Source: Desulfatiglandales bacterium
GTDB lineage: Bacteria > Desulfobacterota > DSM-4660 > Desulfatiglandales > Desulfatiglandaceae
NCBI GenBank assembly: GCA_963666345.1
Contig: OY762721.1
Coordinates: 2,528,001 to 2,592,000 of the forward strand
Length of the DNA: 64,000 nt
Direction: 5' to 3'
A program made the position numbers and the translations under genes. The notes below the pieces were generated by a model, which was given only the letters and a program-made list of their open reading frames with translations, ran no database searches and was not told the DNA's origin. Each line of letters opens with the position of its first letter. Position 1 is the first letter of the stretch. Shown here in pieces: positions 1 to 9,684 of this stretch.

Positions 1-38
1 ACTGTCAGCCTGACTTTGCGGATTGAAATGGAAAAGGC

Positions 39-1040
39 ATGAAAAAAGTATCCTCAAAACTTATAGACAAATACGGAAGAAAACTCAACTATCTGCGACT
101 TTCAATTACCGACAGATGTAATTTCAGATGCCTGTACTGCATGCCTAGCGAGGGTATTGACAAGAAGGGCCATGTGGATGTCCTCACCTATGAGGAACTG
201 CTGAGGATTTCTGAAATCGCGGTAAATATGGGTGTGGAGAAGATCAGACTTACCGGCGGAGAACCTTTGATAAGAAAGGGCATATATGACTTCCTTCCGC
301 GGCTTACGGCCCTCTCCGGCCTCAAGGATGTCTCTGTTACGACCAACGGCATGTTCCTCAAGGACAATATCGAAAAGATCAGATCAGCAGGTATAAACAG
401 GTTGAATATCAGTCTGGATTCACTGAAAAGGGAGAAATTCCGACTTATAACAGGAGAAGACGGGCTGAAGAATGTATGGGAGGGGATACTTGCCGCGGAA
501 AAGGCCGGGTTTTCCCCGATAAAGATCAATACGGTTGTGATAAAGGGGGTAAATGAAGATGAGATACCGGATCTGGCAAGACTGTCTTTTGATCATCCCT
601 TTCATATAAGGTTCATAGAATATATGCCTATGGACAGGGAAGACATGCGGATTCCCCTTTCCCATGTGTCAAATGCCCTCATAAAGGAGCGACTTTCCGC
701 ACTCGGAACACTTCAAAAGGTAAAGAAGAATTCATCAGACGGTCCTGCCGAAAGATTCAGATTTGAAGGTGCCGAAGGCGAAATAGGTTTTATAAGCGCC
801 CTTTCAAACCATTTCTGCGCCTCCTGCAACAGGTTGCGTCTTACGGCCACAGGCCACTTAAGGCCATGCCTTTTATCCGATATAGAGGTTGATATAAAAG
901 GGCTTGTCAGGCAGGGCGCCTCCGAGGCGGAGCTTGAAGGGATATTTTTAAAGGCGGCCTCTTTGAAACCTCACGCACACAACCTTATATCTGATGGACT
1001 TCCGTGCCTTTCAGGTAAGATGTCTTCCATAGGAGGCTGA
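39..1040 (+). CDS. moaA: GTP 3',8-cyclase MoaA (radical SAM)
   Basis: LRLSITDRCNFRCLYCMP CxxxCxxC motif, TGGEP, C-terminal FCASCNRLR cluster and terminal GG. Confidence 0.97.
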   Translation: MKKVSSKLIDKYGRKLNYLRLSITDRCNFRCLYCMPSEGIDKKGHVDVLTYEELLRISEIAVNMGVEKIRLTGGEPLIRKGIYDFLPRLTALSGLKDVSVTTNGMFLKDNIEKIRSAGINRLNISLDSLKREKFRLITGEDGLKNVWEGILAAEKAGFSPIKINTVVIKGVNEDEIPDLARLSFDHPFHIRFIEYMPMDREDMRIPLSHVSNALIKERLSALGTLQKVKKNSSDGPAERFRFEGAEGEIGFISALSNHFCASCNRLRLTATGHLRPCLLSDIEVDIKGLVRQGASEAELEGIFLKAASLKPHAHNLISDGLPCLSGKMSSIGG

Positions 1041-1051
1041 GCCGGCCCGGT

Positions 1052-1903
1052 TCACCCAGATTCGAGACCAAAAAACAGCGCGGCATTGGCCCCGGTGATT
1101 TTTTCCAGCGCGGCCTTTTCAAGGCCGCATGATTCCATTTCATCAAGGTACCTCTTTGGTCTTATAAGCGGAAAGTCACTTCCAAAGAGGATCTTTTCAG
1201 GGCCGATTATTTCCGCAGCCCTCAAGTATATCTCAGGGCTGTAGAGGAATGGTGAGGCGGCAGTATCCAACCACACATTTTTCATTACCTCCGGAACCTC
1301 CTTTTTCATGAGACAGTAGAAAAAGATTCCCCCTCCCCAGTGGGCAAGCACTATCCTGTTTTTGGGATAGGCCTTAACGAACCTGTAGATCTGGTAGAGT
1401 GTCATGGGGGCCTTTCCAGGGTATGAATGTCCCACCGGTTCATTCGTATGAAGCAAAAGAGGCACGTCCATACACTCGCAAAGCGACATCAGGTCTTTCA
1501 TCGAATCCAGAAAACGGGAAGAAAGCCCTGATCCGTAGACTGCGAGTTCCCCCACACCTGAAAGACCAGCCTCAAGGCACCGTTGTGCCTCAGTGGCGGG
1601 CTTTTGACAAAATGGGGAAAAGCAGGAAAGGCCTGTCAATCGATCAGGATAACGATTGACGGATTCGATTATATAGTCATTATGCCTTTTGTAATTATCC
1701 GGATCTTCCCATGGAAAACCGAATACGACCGACCGGTCGACCCCCTGCTCATCCATAGAATATATAAGCGTTTCAGCCTCAACCATCTTTGATCCGGGGG
1801 AGCCGTAAATGGATTCAAAGGCCTGTTCACCCTTAAAAAGCCTCTCCCTTTCCTTTACGCAAAAGGGAGGGAAGATGTGTGTATGGAAATCTATAATCGT
1901 CAC
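1052..1903 (-). CDS. amidohydrolase-family (Amidohydro_2/TIM-barrel) metal-dependent hydrolase
   Basis: N-terminal IDFHTH, LAHWGG, FGSDFP motifs. Confidence 0.85.
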   Translation of the reverse strand: MTIIDFHTHIFPPFCVKERERLFKGEQAFESIYGSPGSKMVEAETLIYSMDEQGVDRSVVFGFPWEDPDNYKRHNDYIIESVNRYPDRLTGLSCFSPFCQKPATEAQRCLEAGLSGVGELAVYGSGLSSRFLDSMKDLMSLCECMDVPLLLHTNEPVGHSYPGKAPMTLYQIYRFVKAYPKNRIVLAHWGGGIFFYCLMKKEVPEVMKNVWLDTAASPFLYSPEIYLRAAEIIGPEKILFGSDFPLIRPKRYLDEMESCGLEKAALEKITGANAALFFGLESG

Positions 1904-2412
1904 AATATCTTCTCCAGTGATTTTTCAAGCGCACCTGGATTGAATCCTTGATACTGTTCCACTATCTTTCCATCCCTGTCTATTATGAAAAGCGCCGGGA
2001 TCCCGAATTCCTTTTCCCCGAAATAGTCCTTGACGATTTCCCTGGTATATCTGAGCACGGAGTAATTAACATTCCTGTCTTTCATAAAGGACCTGAGACC
2101 TTGGTCGTTCATCCTTTCGGGATGATCCATCGATATCCCCAGTATGACCAGCCCATCCTCTCTTTTTTCCGCCTGAAGTTTTACAAGTTCTTCTATTGAC
2201 ATCCTGCAGGGGGGGCACCATGTAGCCCAGAAATCGAGTACAACCACCCTGCCCCGGTAATCACTAAGTGAAACGGTTTTTCCCGAAAGGTCTTTTATGG
2301 AAAAATCAGGGGCCTTATTACGCGCTCCGACCTCATCCTTACAGCCCATGGTAAAAAAGAAGATGGTAACAAGAAAAATGAACATGATCTTTCTGCCCGG
2401 TGAGCAATACAT
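1900..2412 (-). CDS. TlpA/ResA-family thiol-disulfide oxidoreductase, probable lipoprotein
   Basis: DFWATWCPPC active site, hydrophobic N-terminus with TMGC lipobox, AGGAG upstream of ATG. Confidence 0.9.
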   Translation of the reverse strand: MYCSPGRKIMFIFLVTIFFFTMGCKDEVGARNKAPDFSIKDLSGKTVSLSDYRGRVVVLDFWATWCPPCRMSIEELVKLQAEKREDGLVILGISMDHPERMNDQGLRSFMKDRNVNYSVLRYTREIVKDYFGEKEFGIPALFIIDRDGKIVEQYQGFNPGALEKSLEKIL

Positions 2413-2512
2413 ATCGACTCCTTTTGCAACTGATTAATATCAAAATAGCAGATCCACCCGGAAAGTGAATCAGATATCGGCTGCTTAGCAAAAGCCCAGC
2501 CTGTCAAACCTT

Positions 2513-2812
2513 GACGGCTTTGTAGAAAGTCCAATCCCGCGACACGCGGGATTACGCTTCATCCTCGCCCTGCTCAATTCTCGCTGCGCGAGACGGGCTA
2601 GCCGATTGAACAGGGTGAATCATTGCGACGTACTATAAGTACGTCGCATTCCTCAAGATTGTCCGAGCTTCGCTGGAGTCCCCACGCCGTTGGCGCGGGT
2701 CCCCGGTTTCTTTGCAAGGCCCTGTGGGCCCTGCTCAGTCCCACCCCTCAGCAGGCTCGGGGCGGGTTCCCGGAAGTGCAAGCCTTGCATTTGAACTTTC
2801 TACTGTGCCGTC
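2513..2812. mobile_element. MITE-like non-autonomous element with imperfect terminal inverted repeats and nested palindromes
   Basis: gacggctttgtagaaagtccaa (2513-2534) vs reverse complement of 2791-2812 gacggcacagtagaaagttcaa, 18/22 identical; internal perfect stems at 2533-2553 and 2624-2648; no transposase. Confidence 0.7.
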
Positions 2813-2989
2813 TCAGTTTCGACTTTTTATGAATGCGCCAATATCGGGTTCTCAATATGCCGACATTTTATAATAAGCATTCATAGCGAAAATTCTATTC
2901 AATTGTATCTTTTTGCCCGATATGGGTAATTATCGGATGGAGACGGAAAGTTTTATTCTTGAAACAGGGGGGCGCCTGATTTCAGGCTG

Positions 2990-5449
2990 TCAGAGCATCT
3001 GATAAGGGTCGATATCGATTACGAGATTCACGCCCATTGAGCGTAGTTGAGACCTTTTCATCGCCTCCACCTGTCCCAGAAAGACTCTCATAAGGGCCGG
3101 ATTTTTGCTTTTGACAAGTAACTGCCATCGGTATTTGCCCTTTATTTTGGATAAAGGCGCCTCAACCGGACCAAGCACCTGAATCTCTTTCCCCCTCCTG
3201 GGCCATTCGGAAAGGACCCACTTCATGTGCCTTCCGAGTTGATCGGCTGATTCGGCTGTACGGGCGCTGTCGTTTCCCTTAAGCCTCAGGCAGGCAAGAT
3301 ATGAAAAGGGGGGATATCCCAACTGGCCCCTAAGCTCTTTTTCTTCCTTGAAAAAGCCAGCATAATCATTTTCAGTAGCGGATCTTATCGCGTAATGCTC
3401 CGGATTGTAGGTCTGGATGATTACCCTGCCCCTGTCCCTGCCTCGGCCGGCCCTTCCCGCCACCTGAGATATGAGCTGGAAGGTACGTTCGGCAGCCCTG
3501 AAATCGGGAAACCCCAGGGAAAAATCCGCGTTGACGACACCCACAAGCGTAACCCCCGCGAAATCATATCCCTTGGCGATCATCTGGGTGCCTACAAGCA
3601 GGTCTATCGCGCCCTCGCCAAAGGCCTTCAGTATGTCCATCGCCACGCCCTTTTTCCTTGTGCTGTCTGTATCCATTCTGGCTATGCGGGCTTCGGGGAA
3701 TAAGACACCGAGTTCATGTTCCAGTTTCTCCGTTCCAAAGCCGAGGGCCTTAAGCTGACCCTTGCCGCAGGAGGGACACGCTGGAATTTCCCCGGCGTAA
3801 TACCCGCAATAATGGCACAGCAGTTTGTCTTCCTTCCTGTGATATGTAAGGGCAACGTCGCAATTCGGACAGCAGAGGGTCTTTCCGCAGGATCGACAGA
3901 GCATGATAGGATTAAATCCCCTGCGGTTAAGAAAGAGGATGGCCTGTTTCTTGTCATTCAGGTTTTTTTCTATCTCCTGTTTCAGCCTGGGGCTTATGAT
4001 TTCCGAGTCATGTGGGCCTTGTTCGAGGCCTTTCATGTCGACTATCTCGATATCGGGAAACGGCCTGCTTTCAACACGTTCCGGCATCTTAAGCAGTTGA
4101 TAGCGACCCGATTCGCAGTTATGAAAAGATTGAACAGAGGGGGTGCCGCCTCCAAGGACAACGACCGCCTTTTCCATTTTCGCCCTTACCACAGCCGCAT
4201 CCCTGGCCTGATATCTGGGGTTTGAATCCTGTTTATAGGAGTAATCATACTCCTCATCCACGATTATGAGCCGCAGCCTGGAAAGCGGGGCAAAAAGGGC
4301 GGAACGGGCACCTATTACAAGATCGACCTCACCCCTCACAATCCGCATCCATTGATCGTATCTCTCACCCTGACTCAGGCCGCTGTGATATATGGCGGTC
4401 CGTTTACCAAGACGTTCTCGGAACAGTCCCACCATGTAAAAGGAAAGCGATATCTCAGGCACCATTATTATGGCCTGCCCGCGCAACCTTATAACCTGCT
4501 CAACGGCCCGGAAATAGACTTCCGTCTTCCCGCTTCCTGTTACCCCGAAAAGGAGGCAGGAAGAAAAACTCCCTTTTTCAAGGCATGAGGTGAGATGGGC
4601 CACAACCTTTTCCTGTTGGCTGAAAAGCCTTTCAGGCACAGGGGGGGGCTTTATGGTCTTCCCGAACGGATCCCTGTAGACCTCGGCCCTGTATCTTGAA
4701 AGGAGCCCCTTTTTTACCCATTTTTCTACGAGATATGACCCGTTTGAAAACCTTTTTGTCAGTTCGCAGACAGGCACAGGCGAATCGGAAAGGGTCGCCT
4801 TTAAAAATTCCTTTTCCCCTGCAGCCTTTAGGACCTGCAGGTCATCTTTTATAAGCCTTTGAATTTCATTTTCGTCCGCAGCCCTCACAAAGCTTCTCAT
4901 TAAGGGCCCGGCTTCAGCCCTTTTGACCATGTCATCCACCTTGATGAGCCCGTCTTTAAGAAGTCTATTTAGCTGTTCAGATGCAAGGGGGCATCTTTTC
5001 CCCTGATTTTCCTCGACAGTTAAGAGGAGGGTTCTTTTGGGGCTGTCATGCGGTAATGATTCCAGGGCCTGCCTGCCTGTCCGCGTCAGTTTCGCGACCT
5101 TATAGGTCTTCCTTTTTAATCCCCCGGGAAGCAGGGACTGAATCAGCTTCCCCACCGGGTGCATGTAGTAATCGGACATCCATTTGAAAAAGGGAACCAT
5201 TGACTCATGGAAAAGAGGCCCCGGTTCAAGGACCTGTTCTATCTCCTTCAGCTCCACGCCCTTTTCAGGCCCTGTGGTTTCAATGATATACCCGGTTACC
5301 TTCCTGTTTTTAAAAGGGACCAGCACGGCACATCCGACCTGCGCCGTCCGGGCCAGGTTTTCCGGTACCGAATAGGAAAAACATTCCCTGACAGGCAACG
5401 ATACCGCTACTGTTACACACCGGCGGTTATGGTTTTCAGACTGGCTCAT
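2990..5449 (-). CDS. priA: primosomal protein N' (replication restart helicase)
   Basis: GVTGSGKTEVY Walker A, GARSALFAP, DEEY, four CxxC Zn motifs, QVAGRAGR. Confidence 0.97.
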   Translation of the reverse strand: MSQSENHNRRCVTVAVSLPVRECFSYSVPENLARTAQVGCAVLVPFKNRKVTGYIIETTGPEKGVELKEIEQVLEPGPLFHESMVPFFKWMSDYYMHPVGKLIQSLLPGGLKRKTYKVAKLTRTGRQALESLPHDSPKRTLLLTVEENQGKRCPLASEQLNRLLKDGLIKVDDMVKRAEAGPLMRSFVRAADENEIQRLIKDDLQVLKAAGEKEFLKATLSDSPVPVCELTKRFSNGSYLVEKWVKKGLLSRYRAEVYRDPFGKTIKPPPVPERLFSQQEKVVAHLTSCLEKGSFSSCLLFGVTGSGKTEVYFRAVEQVIRLRGQAIIMVPEISLSFYMVGLFRERLGKRTAIYHSGLSQGERYDQWMRIVRGEVDLVIGARSALFAPLSRLRLIIVDEEYDYSYKQDSNPRYQARDAAVVRAKMEKAVVVLGGGTPSVQSFHNCESGRYQLLKMPERVESRPFPDIEIVDMKGLEQGPHDSEIISPRLKQEIEKNLNDKKQAILFLNRRGFNPIMLCRSCGKTLCCPNCDVALTYHRKEDKLLCHYCGYYAGEIPACPSCGKGQLKALGFGTEKLEHELGVLFPEARIARMDTDSTRKKGVAMDILKAFGEGAIDLLVGTQMIAKGYDFAGVTLVGVVNADFSLGFPDFRAAERTFQLISQVAGRAGRGRDRGRVIIQTYNPEHYAIRSATENDYAGFFKEEKELRGQLGYPPFSYLACLRLKGNDSARTAESADQLGRHMKWVLSEWPRRGKEIQVLGPVEAPLSKIKGKYRWQLLVKSKNPALMRVFLGQVEAMKRSQLRSMGVNLVIDIDPYQML

Positions 5450-6244
5450 CTATTGATATTTTTCTTCAAGGAGTTTTATTTTGTCTAAAAAGTGCCTCTC
5501 GGTGCCTTCCTCTATTTCAGGTGAAATATCCCGGGGTGGAGCATATTCCTTGAGGTCTATCTCATAAAGGGGTGATCCCACAGGCAGATTTGCCTGAAGA
5601 TCAAGCACGCGGGCCTTTTCGGTGAATGCCTCTGTCGTGGAATAGATGGTCAGGTACGGGTACCATGCCTTATCAAGCCTTCTGAACTCTTCATATCTGA
5701 CTGTTATCCAGCCCAGGGTTTCGGAAGGGGATCTATACCTGAGAAGCAGAGGCAGAAAACGCCTTTTTTCCACGAAAAGTACCGGATTCTCAGGTCCTGT
5801 TCCGCCGATCCTGTAACAGACCACACCCTGTGTCCTGTCGAGTGAAATTTTGCCTGTGTCTATGCCCAGCCCGTAAAGAAACAGCATAAGATCATGGCTT
5901 TTCTGTGATAACAGCAACTTATGTGAAATCATCTCAGCGCTTGGGCGGGTTTCAGTATCCTGAAACCGCTCAATGATCTCAGCCCTGAAAAATCCGGGTG
6001 ATTTCAGCCTGATTTCTTCCTTCAGGAGGTTCTTTATTTCAAGGGTTTTTGTGTCTTCTCTTTCCACTGACCTGGTAATTACGAGTGTCTTTATTTCAGA
6101 GAAATTTTTTGCAGCATACTCCAGGACCTGCGCCGGAGGCATGATATAGGCACAGGCCTGTGCCGGAGACAATATGAAAAAGGTCGCCGCCGTAAACAAA
6201 TGAATCAAACCGCACTTTAAAAAAGGTAGATAATTTTTCAACAT
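5450..6244 (-). CDS. exported hypothetical protein, possibly LolA-like fold
   Basis: Signal peptide (AQACA), beta-rich; directly abuts priA start. Confidence 0.55.
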   Translation of the reverse strand: MLKNYLPFLKCGLIHLFTAATFFILSPAQACAYIMPPAQVLEYAAKNFSEIKTLVITRSVEREDTKTLEIKNLLKEEIRLKSPGFFRAEIIERFQDTETRPSAEMISHKLLLSQKSHDLMLFLYGLGIDTGKISLDRTQGVVCYRIGGTGPENPVLFVEKRRFLPLLLRYRSPSETLGWITVRYEEFRRLDKAWYPYLTIYSTTEAFTEKARVLDLQANLPVGSPLYEIDLKEYAPPRDISPEIEEGTERHFLDKIKLLEEKYQ

Positions 6245-6263
6245 AAATCCCTCCTAACAGCCC

Positions 6264-6965
6264 TTATTCCATCTGGCTGATCATGGCCTCCCTTACCCTG
6301 TCCATCAGAGCGTTCAGGTCCCTCTTATTATAGTCGGCAGTGCTTATCGGTTCACCAAAATGGATATGAAACGTCCCCCTGTTTATCTTAAGGCTTCCTT
6401 TGGGTACGATCCTGTAGCTGTCGCTTATGGCAATGGGAACAATTTCACAGCCTGATCTGAAGGCCAGATTGAACCCTCCTTTTTTGAACTCCTGGAGCCT
6501 TCCGTCAACGCTCCTTGTCCCCTCAGGGAAGATCAGGACCGAAGCACCATCCCTTATTTTACCGGCTGCCTCGTTCATGCTCTTTAAGGCCTTTTTGGGC
6601 TGGCTTCTTTCAATGCCTATATAGCGGGCCCTTTTAACGACAAAACCGAACAGGGGGATCCTCATAAGCTCCTGTTTCATGATAAACTTGAAGTTTACCG
6701 GCAGATGGGCGAGCAGGGCCATTATGTCGAAATAACTCTGATGATTCGACATATATATCCGGGGTCTGGACGGATCTATACGTTCAATTCCCTTTACTAT
6801 CACCTTTACGCCGCATATCCAGAGGATGATTCTGGCCCATGGAATTCCGGCGTAGCGGTGAATAATATCGCCTTTAGTGTCAAAGGGGGCCAGAAAAACA
6901 CTCCATATGCAAATAAAAATGGTGTGCAGCACGATAAAGCCGTTTAAAAGGAAAAATCTCAACAT
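6264..6965 (-). CDS. plsC: 1-acyl-sn-glycerol-3-phosphate acyltransferase
   Basis: NHQSYFD (HxxxxD) and FPEGTRS motifs. Confidence 0.93.
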   Translation of the reverse strand: MLRFFLLNGFIVLHTIFICIWSVFLAPFDTKGDIIHRYAGIPWARIILWICGVKVIVKGIERIDPSRPRIYMSNHQSYFDIMALLAHLPVNFKFIMKQELMRIPLFGFVVKRARYIGIERSQPKKALKSMNEAAGKIRDGASVLIFPEGTRSVDGRLQEFKKGGFNLAFRSGCEIVPIAISDSYRIVPKGSLKINRGTFHIHFGEPISTADYNKRDLNALMDRVREAMISQME

Positions 6966-7395
6966 GTCGAAGTCCGCCTCTGCTTTCCTAACCGATAAAG
7001 TCGGTTTTTCTCCAATTCAGATTGGAGAAAAGAGCCCAAGGGGTTAAGGATTCAACCGTTTGGGGTTTCCGGTTCACATTACCATATTGTCAATAAACTG
7101 CCACCCCTGATCCACCATCAAGAGGTAATGTGCGATTTATAGTTCGTAGGTCTCGCTCGTCGCTCCCTGGCGCCTTAAATCTGATAGCCTGCCGGTGGGG
7201 CCGGGGATTCGCCCGAATCCATTTGTCTTCCGGTATCCGATTTAGACGGTGGATTTGGGATCACCAAAGGGCTCGGCCTGTTTCTCAATCAATCCGCAGG
7301 GACAGGGATGGCCTTTAATACTTTGGGATTCCATGCGGTTATCTCATTATGGAAAATCCGGTCCCGTCAGCCGGGCCAGGGAAAAATGCCGGATT

Positions 7396-8097
7396 TCATG
7401 AAAGCAGGGGCATTTTGGCAATATCCCGGAGGATCTTTTTTTTGCGTTCCAGCACATAGGGCCCGGGTTTTACCGGAGACCACCTGTGAGGGCTCGGAAG
7501 TATGGCAGCAAGGGATGCGGCCTGAGAGGGAGTCAGCCATTTTGCCGAACGATTGAAATACCTCCTTGACGCCTCCTCAACTCCCATTATACCTGTGCCC
7601 CAGTCGACCGTATTCAGATACAGTTCAAAGATTCTTTCCTTTTTGCAGAAGAGTTCCAAAAGAACCGTATAATATGCCTCAAGAACCTTCCTGGCCAGAT
7701 TCCTGGAAGGCCATAGAAAAACCGTCCTTGCCGTCTGCATGGAAACGGTGCTCGCCCCTCTCATGGTCCCTTTCCTGAAAATATCCCTTACGGCCTTGTT
7801 CATCTCGATAAAGTCAAATCCATGGTGCTCAAGGAATCTCTGATCCTCTGCCGCAAGAACCGCCTTCCTGGCATTGGGTGATATGTCTTTAAGCTTTTTC
7901 CAGTTTTTTCTCGGACTTTCGTTTATGAGGGGGGTGCCGTCATTCACCCGTCTCAGTAACATTGAAAAGGTAAAGGGAGGATTTATCAGACTGACCGAAA
8001 TGACCTGCAAGACGCTTAATATCAAAAGTAATGCCGATATCTTCAGTGCCAGGATCATCAGCCTGGTTGAAAAAGGTCTTTTACTTTTCTTTGCCAA
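7396..8097 (-). CDS. mtgA: monofunctional peptidoglycan transglycosylase
   Basis: AEDQRFLEHHGFD, RGASTVSMQTA, ELYLN GT51 motifs; N-terminal TM. Confidence 0.93.
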   Translation of the reverse strand: MAKKSKRPFSTRLMILALKISALLLILSVLQVISVSLINPPFTFSMLLRRVNDGTPLINESPRKNWKKLKDISPNARKAVLAAEDQRFLEHHGFDFIEMNKAVRDIFRKGTMRGASTVSMQTARTVFLWPSRNLARKVLEAYYTVLLELFCKKERIFELYLNTVDWGTGIMGVEEASRRYFNRSAKWLTPSQAASLAAILPSPHRWSPVKPGPYVLERKKKILRDIAKMPLLS

Positions 8098-8104
8098 TGG
8101 TGCT

Positions 8105-8887
8105 CTACCCTTTCAGGTCCCGGCCTTTTCCCTGAACATTTTTGATTCCGCCTTCGCCACCTTCCTCCGGTCCATTTTTCGCCTCATCCGCCTTGCCACT
8201 GCCCATGCCGATCCGGTTGAGAAACGAGGCGGTCTTTTCCCTGAGAAGGTTTTCAGGGTTGAATCCCCACTTTCTGCTCATATTTACGGATGCAAACAGG
8301 AGTTCCCCCATCTGTTTTTCAAATCGATCTCCGTCCTGTTCGTCAATCGCGGCGGAAAGTCTTTCAACGGCACCTTTCATGTCCTTGAGATGATTGTCAG
8401 GGTCGTCATGGAAAAGCCCCATTTGTGATGATCTTTCCGTTATGCGGTGGGCCCTCTGAAGCGCCGGGAGATTCAGGGGAACAGAGTCAAGAGGGGAAGC
8501 CGTCTTTTCCTCCCTCTTTATCCTGTCCCAGTTTATCGTGACCTCTTCGGAGTTTGAAACCTTTTTATCACCAAAAACATGTGGATGCCGTCTTATCATC
8601 TTTGTCTCGATCCTTTCAAGTACCTCCACAAGGTCAAATTCCCCACGTTCCTCAGCCAGGTGCGAGAGAAACAGGATCTGGAACAACAGATCCCCCAGCT
8701 CTTCGCAGACATCCTGGGGGCATGAGGTTTCGACCGCCTCGACTACCTCATAGGCCTCTTCCAGGAGATAATTTTTTATGGATGAGTCTGTCTGCTCGGC
8801 ATCCCATGGGCAGCCGCCGGGGCCTCTCAGTTTTGACACAAGCCCCGCGAGTCTTGCTATGGCCTTTGAAAGTTTATCGGAATCCAT
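8105..8887 (-). CDS. mazG: nucleoside triphosphate pyrophosphohydrolase MazG
   Basis: LRGPGGCPWD, EEAYE, EELGDLL, RRHPHVF; start set at ATG 8887, 1 nt after the cvpA stop. Confidence 0.9.
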   Translation of the reverse strand: MDSDKLSKAIARLAGLVSKLRGPGGCPWDAEQTDSSIKNYLLEEAYEVVEAVETSCPQDVCEELGDLLFQILFLSHLAEERGEFDLVEVLERIETKMIRRHPHVFGDKKVSNSEEVTINWDRIKREEKTASPLDSVPLNLPALQRAHRITERSSQMGLFHDDPDNHLKDMKGAVERLSAAIDEQDGDRFEKQMGELLFASVNMSRKWGFNPENLLREKTASFLNRIGMGSGKADEAKNGPEEGGEGGIKNVQGKGRDLKG

Positions 8888-8888
8888 G

Positions 8889-9443
8889 TTATTCGGATGA
8901 CTTAGGGCCTCTGTTTCCAGGGTTTTCATTAAACGGGCTGTTTTTACCCAGGAGTTTCTCTCTCAGTTTCTGGTATGCCCCGGGTGATATGAGATTGACC
9001 AGTGACTGGTAGGAACTGATTATTACCGGAGCCATCCTGGACTCGGCGATGAGGGGTGCCTTTGACGGAACAAAGAAGGTGATAAGGATGATAGCGAAAT
9101 AGGTTATTATAAGACCCTTCAAAACGGCCAGCCCGGCGCCAAGGACCCTGTCCGCCCAGCCGAGAAAGGCCTTTTTGACCAGAAACCTGAGTCCCATTCC
9201 GAGGAGGCTGCAGGTAATGAAAACGATTATGAAGATCGCCCCGAAACTTATAAGAGGCAGGAATTTGACTGAAGGCAAATAGGCCTTAAGATATGATGTC
9301 AGGTGAGGCTGAAAGAGATTGGCCAGCCATAGACCTGATATAACACCGGCAAGGGAACCTATTTCTCTGAAAAAGCCTCGAAAAATACCACGGACGACAA
9401 AAAATATCATCGCTGCGATTATGCTTATGTCAAGGGGATTCAT
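8889..9443 (-). CDS. cvpA: CvpA family membrane protein
   Basis: MNPLDI..RGIFRGFFREI, DRVLGAGLA, four TM segments. Confidence 0.9.
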   Translation of the reverse strand: MNPLDISIIAAMIFFVVRGIFRGFFREIGSLAGVISGLWLANLFQPHLTSYLKAYLPSVKFLPLISFGAIFIIVFITCSLLGMGLRFLVKKAFLGWADRVLGAGLAVLKGLIITYFAIILITFFVPSKAPLIAESRMAPVIISSYQSLVNLISPGAYQKLREKLLGKNSPFNENPGNRGPKSSE

Positions 9444-9451
9444 GGTGGATT

Positions 9452-9479
9452 ATTATATTTGCCCCGGCGGATTCGTCAA
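9452..9479 (-). promoter_or_regulatory. putative sigma70 promoter of cvpA-mazG-mtgA
   Basis: Minus strand TTGACG (9479-9474), 16 bp, TATAAT (9457-9452). Confidence 0.5.
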
Positions 9480-9684
9480 GGTGAATGTATTTTATCCTGT
9501 TATTAAAGGCCTGATTCCATGAGCCGGGCCGGGGTTCTCTACTTTTTCAGCCGGAACAGCCTGATCCCTGCTGTGGGGAGTTTCATGCCGGATCAGTGCC
9601 GTTACAAGGTGCTGGATGTTTAACAGAGGGATATGGTAGGAAGACGAGTTAATCGGGTATTGTCTTGTTCAACCGGCTTAGATT

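Noticed and set aside
2623..2832. 69 aa ORF
   Set aside because: Translation of the palindromic MITE-like element
9523..9684. LexA box upstream of uvrA
   Set aside because: No convincing match to SOS-box patterns I know
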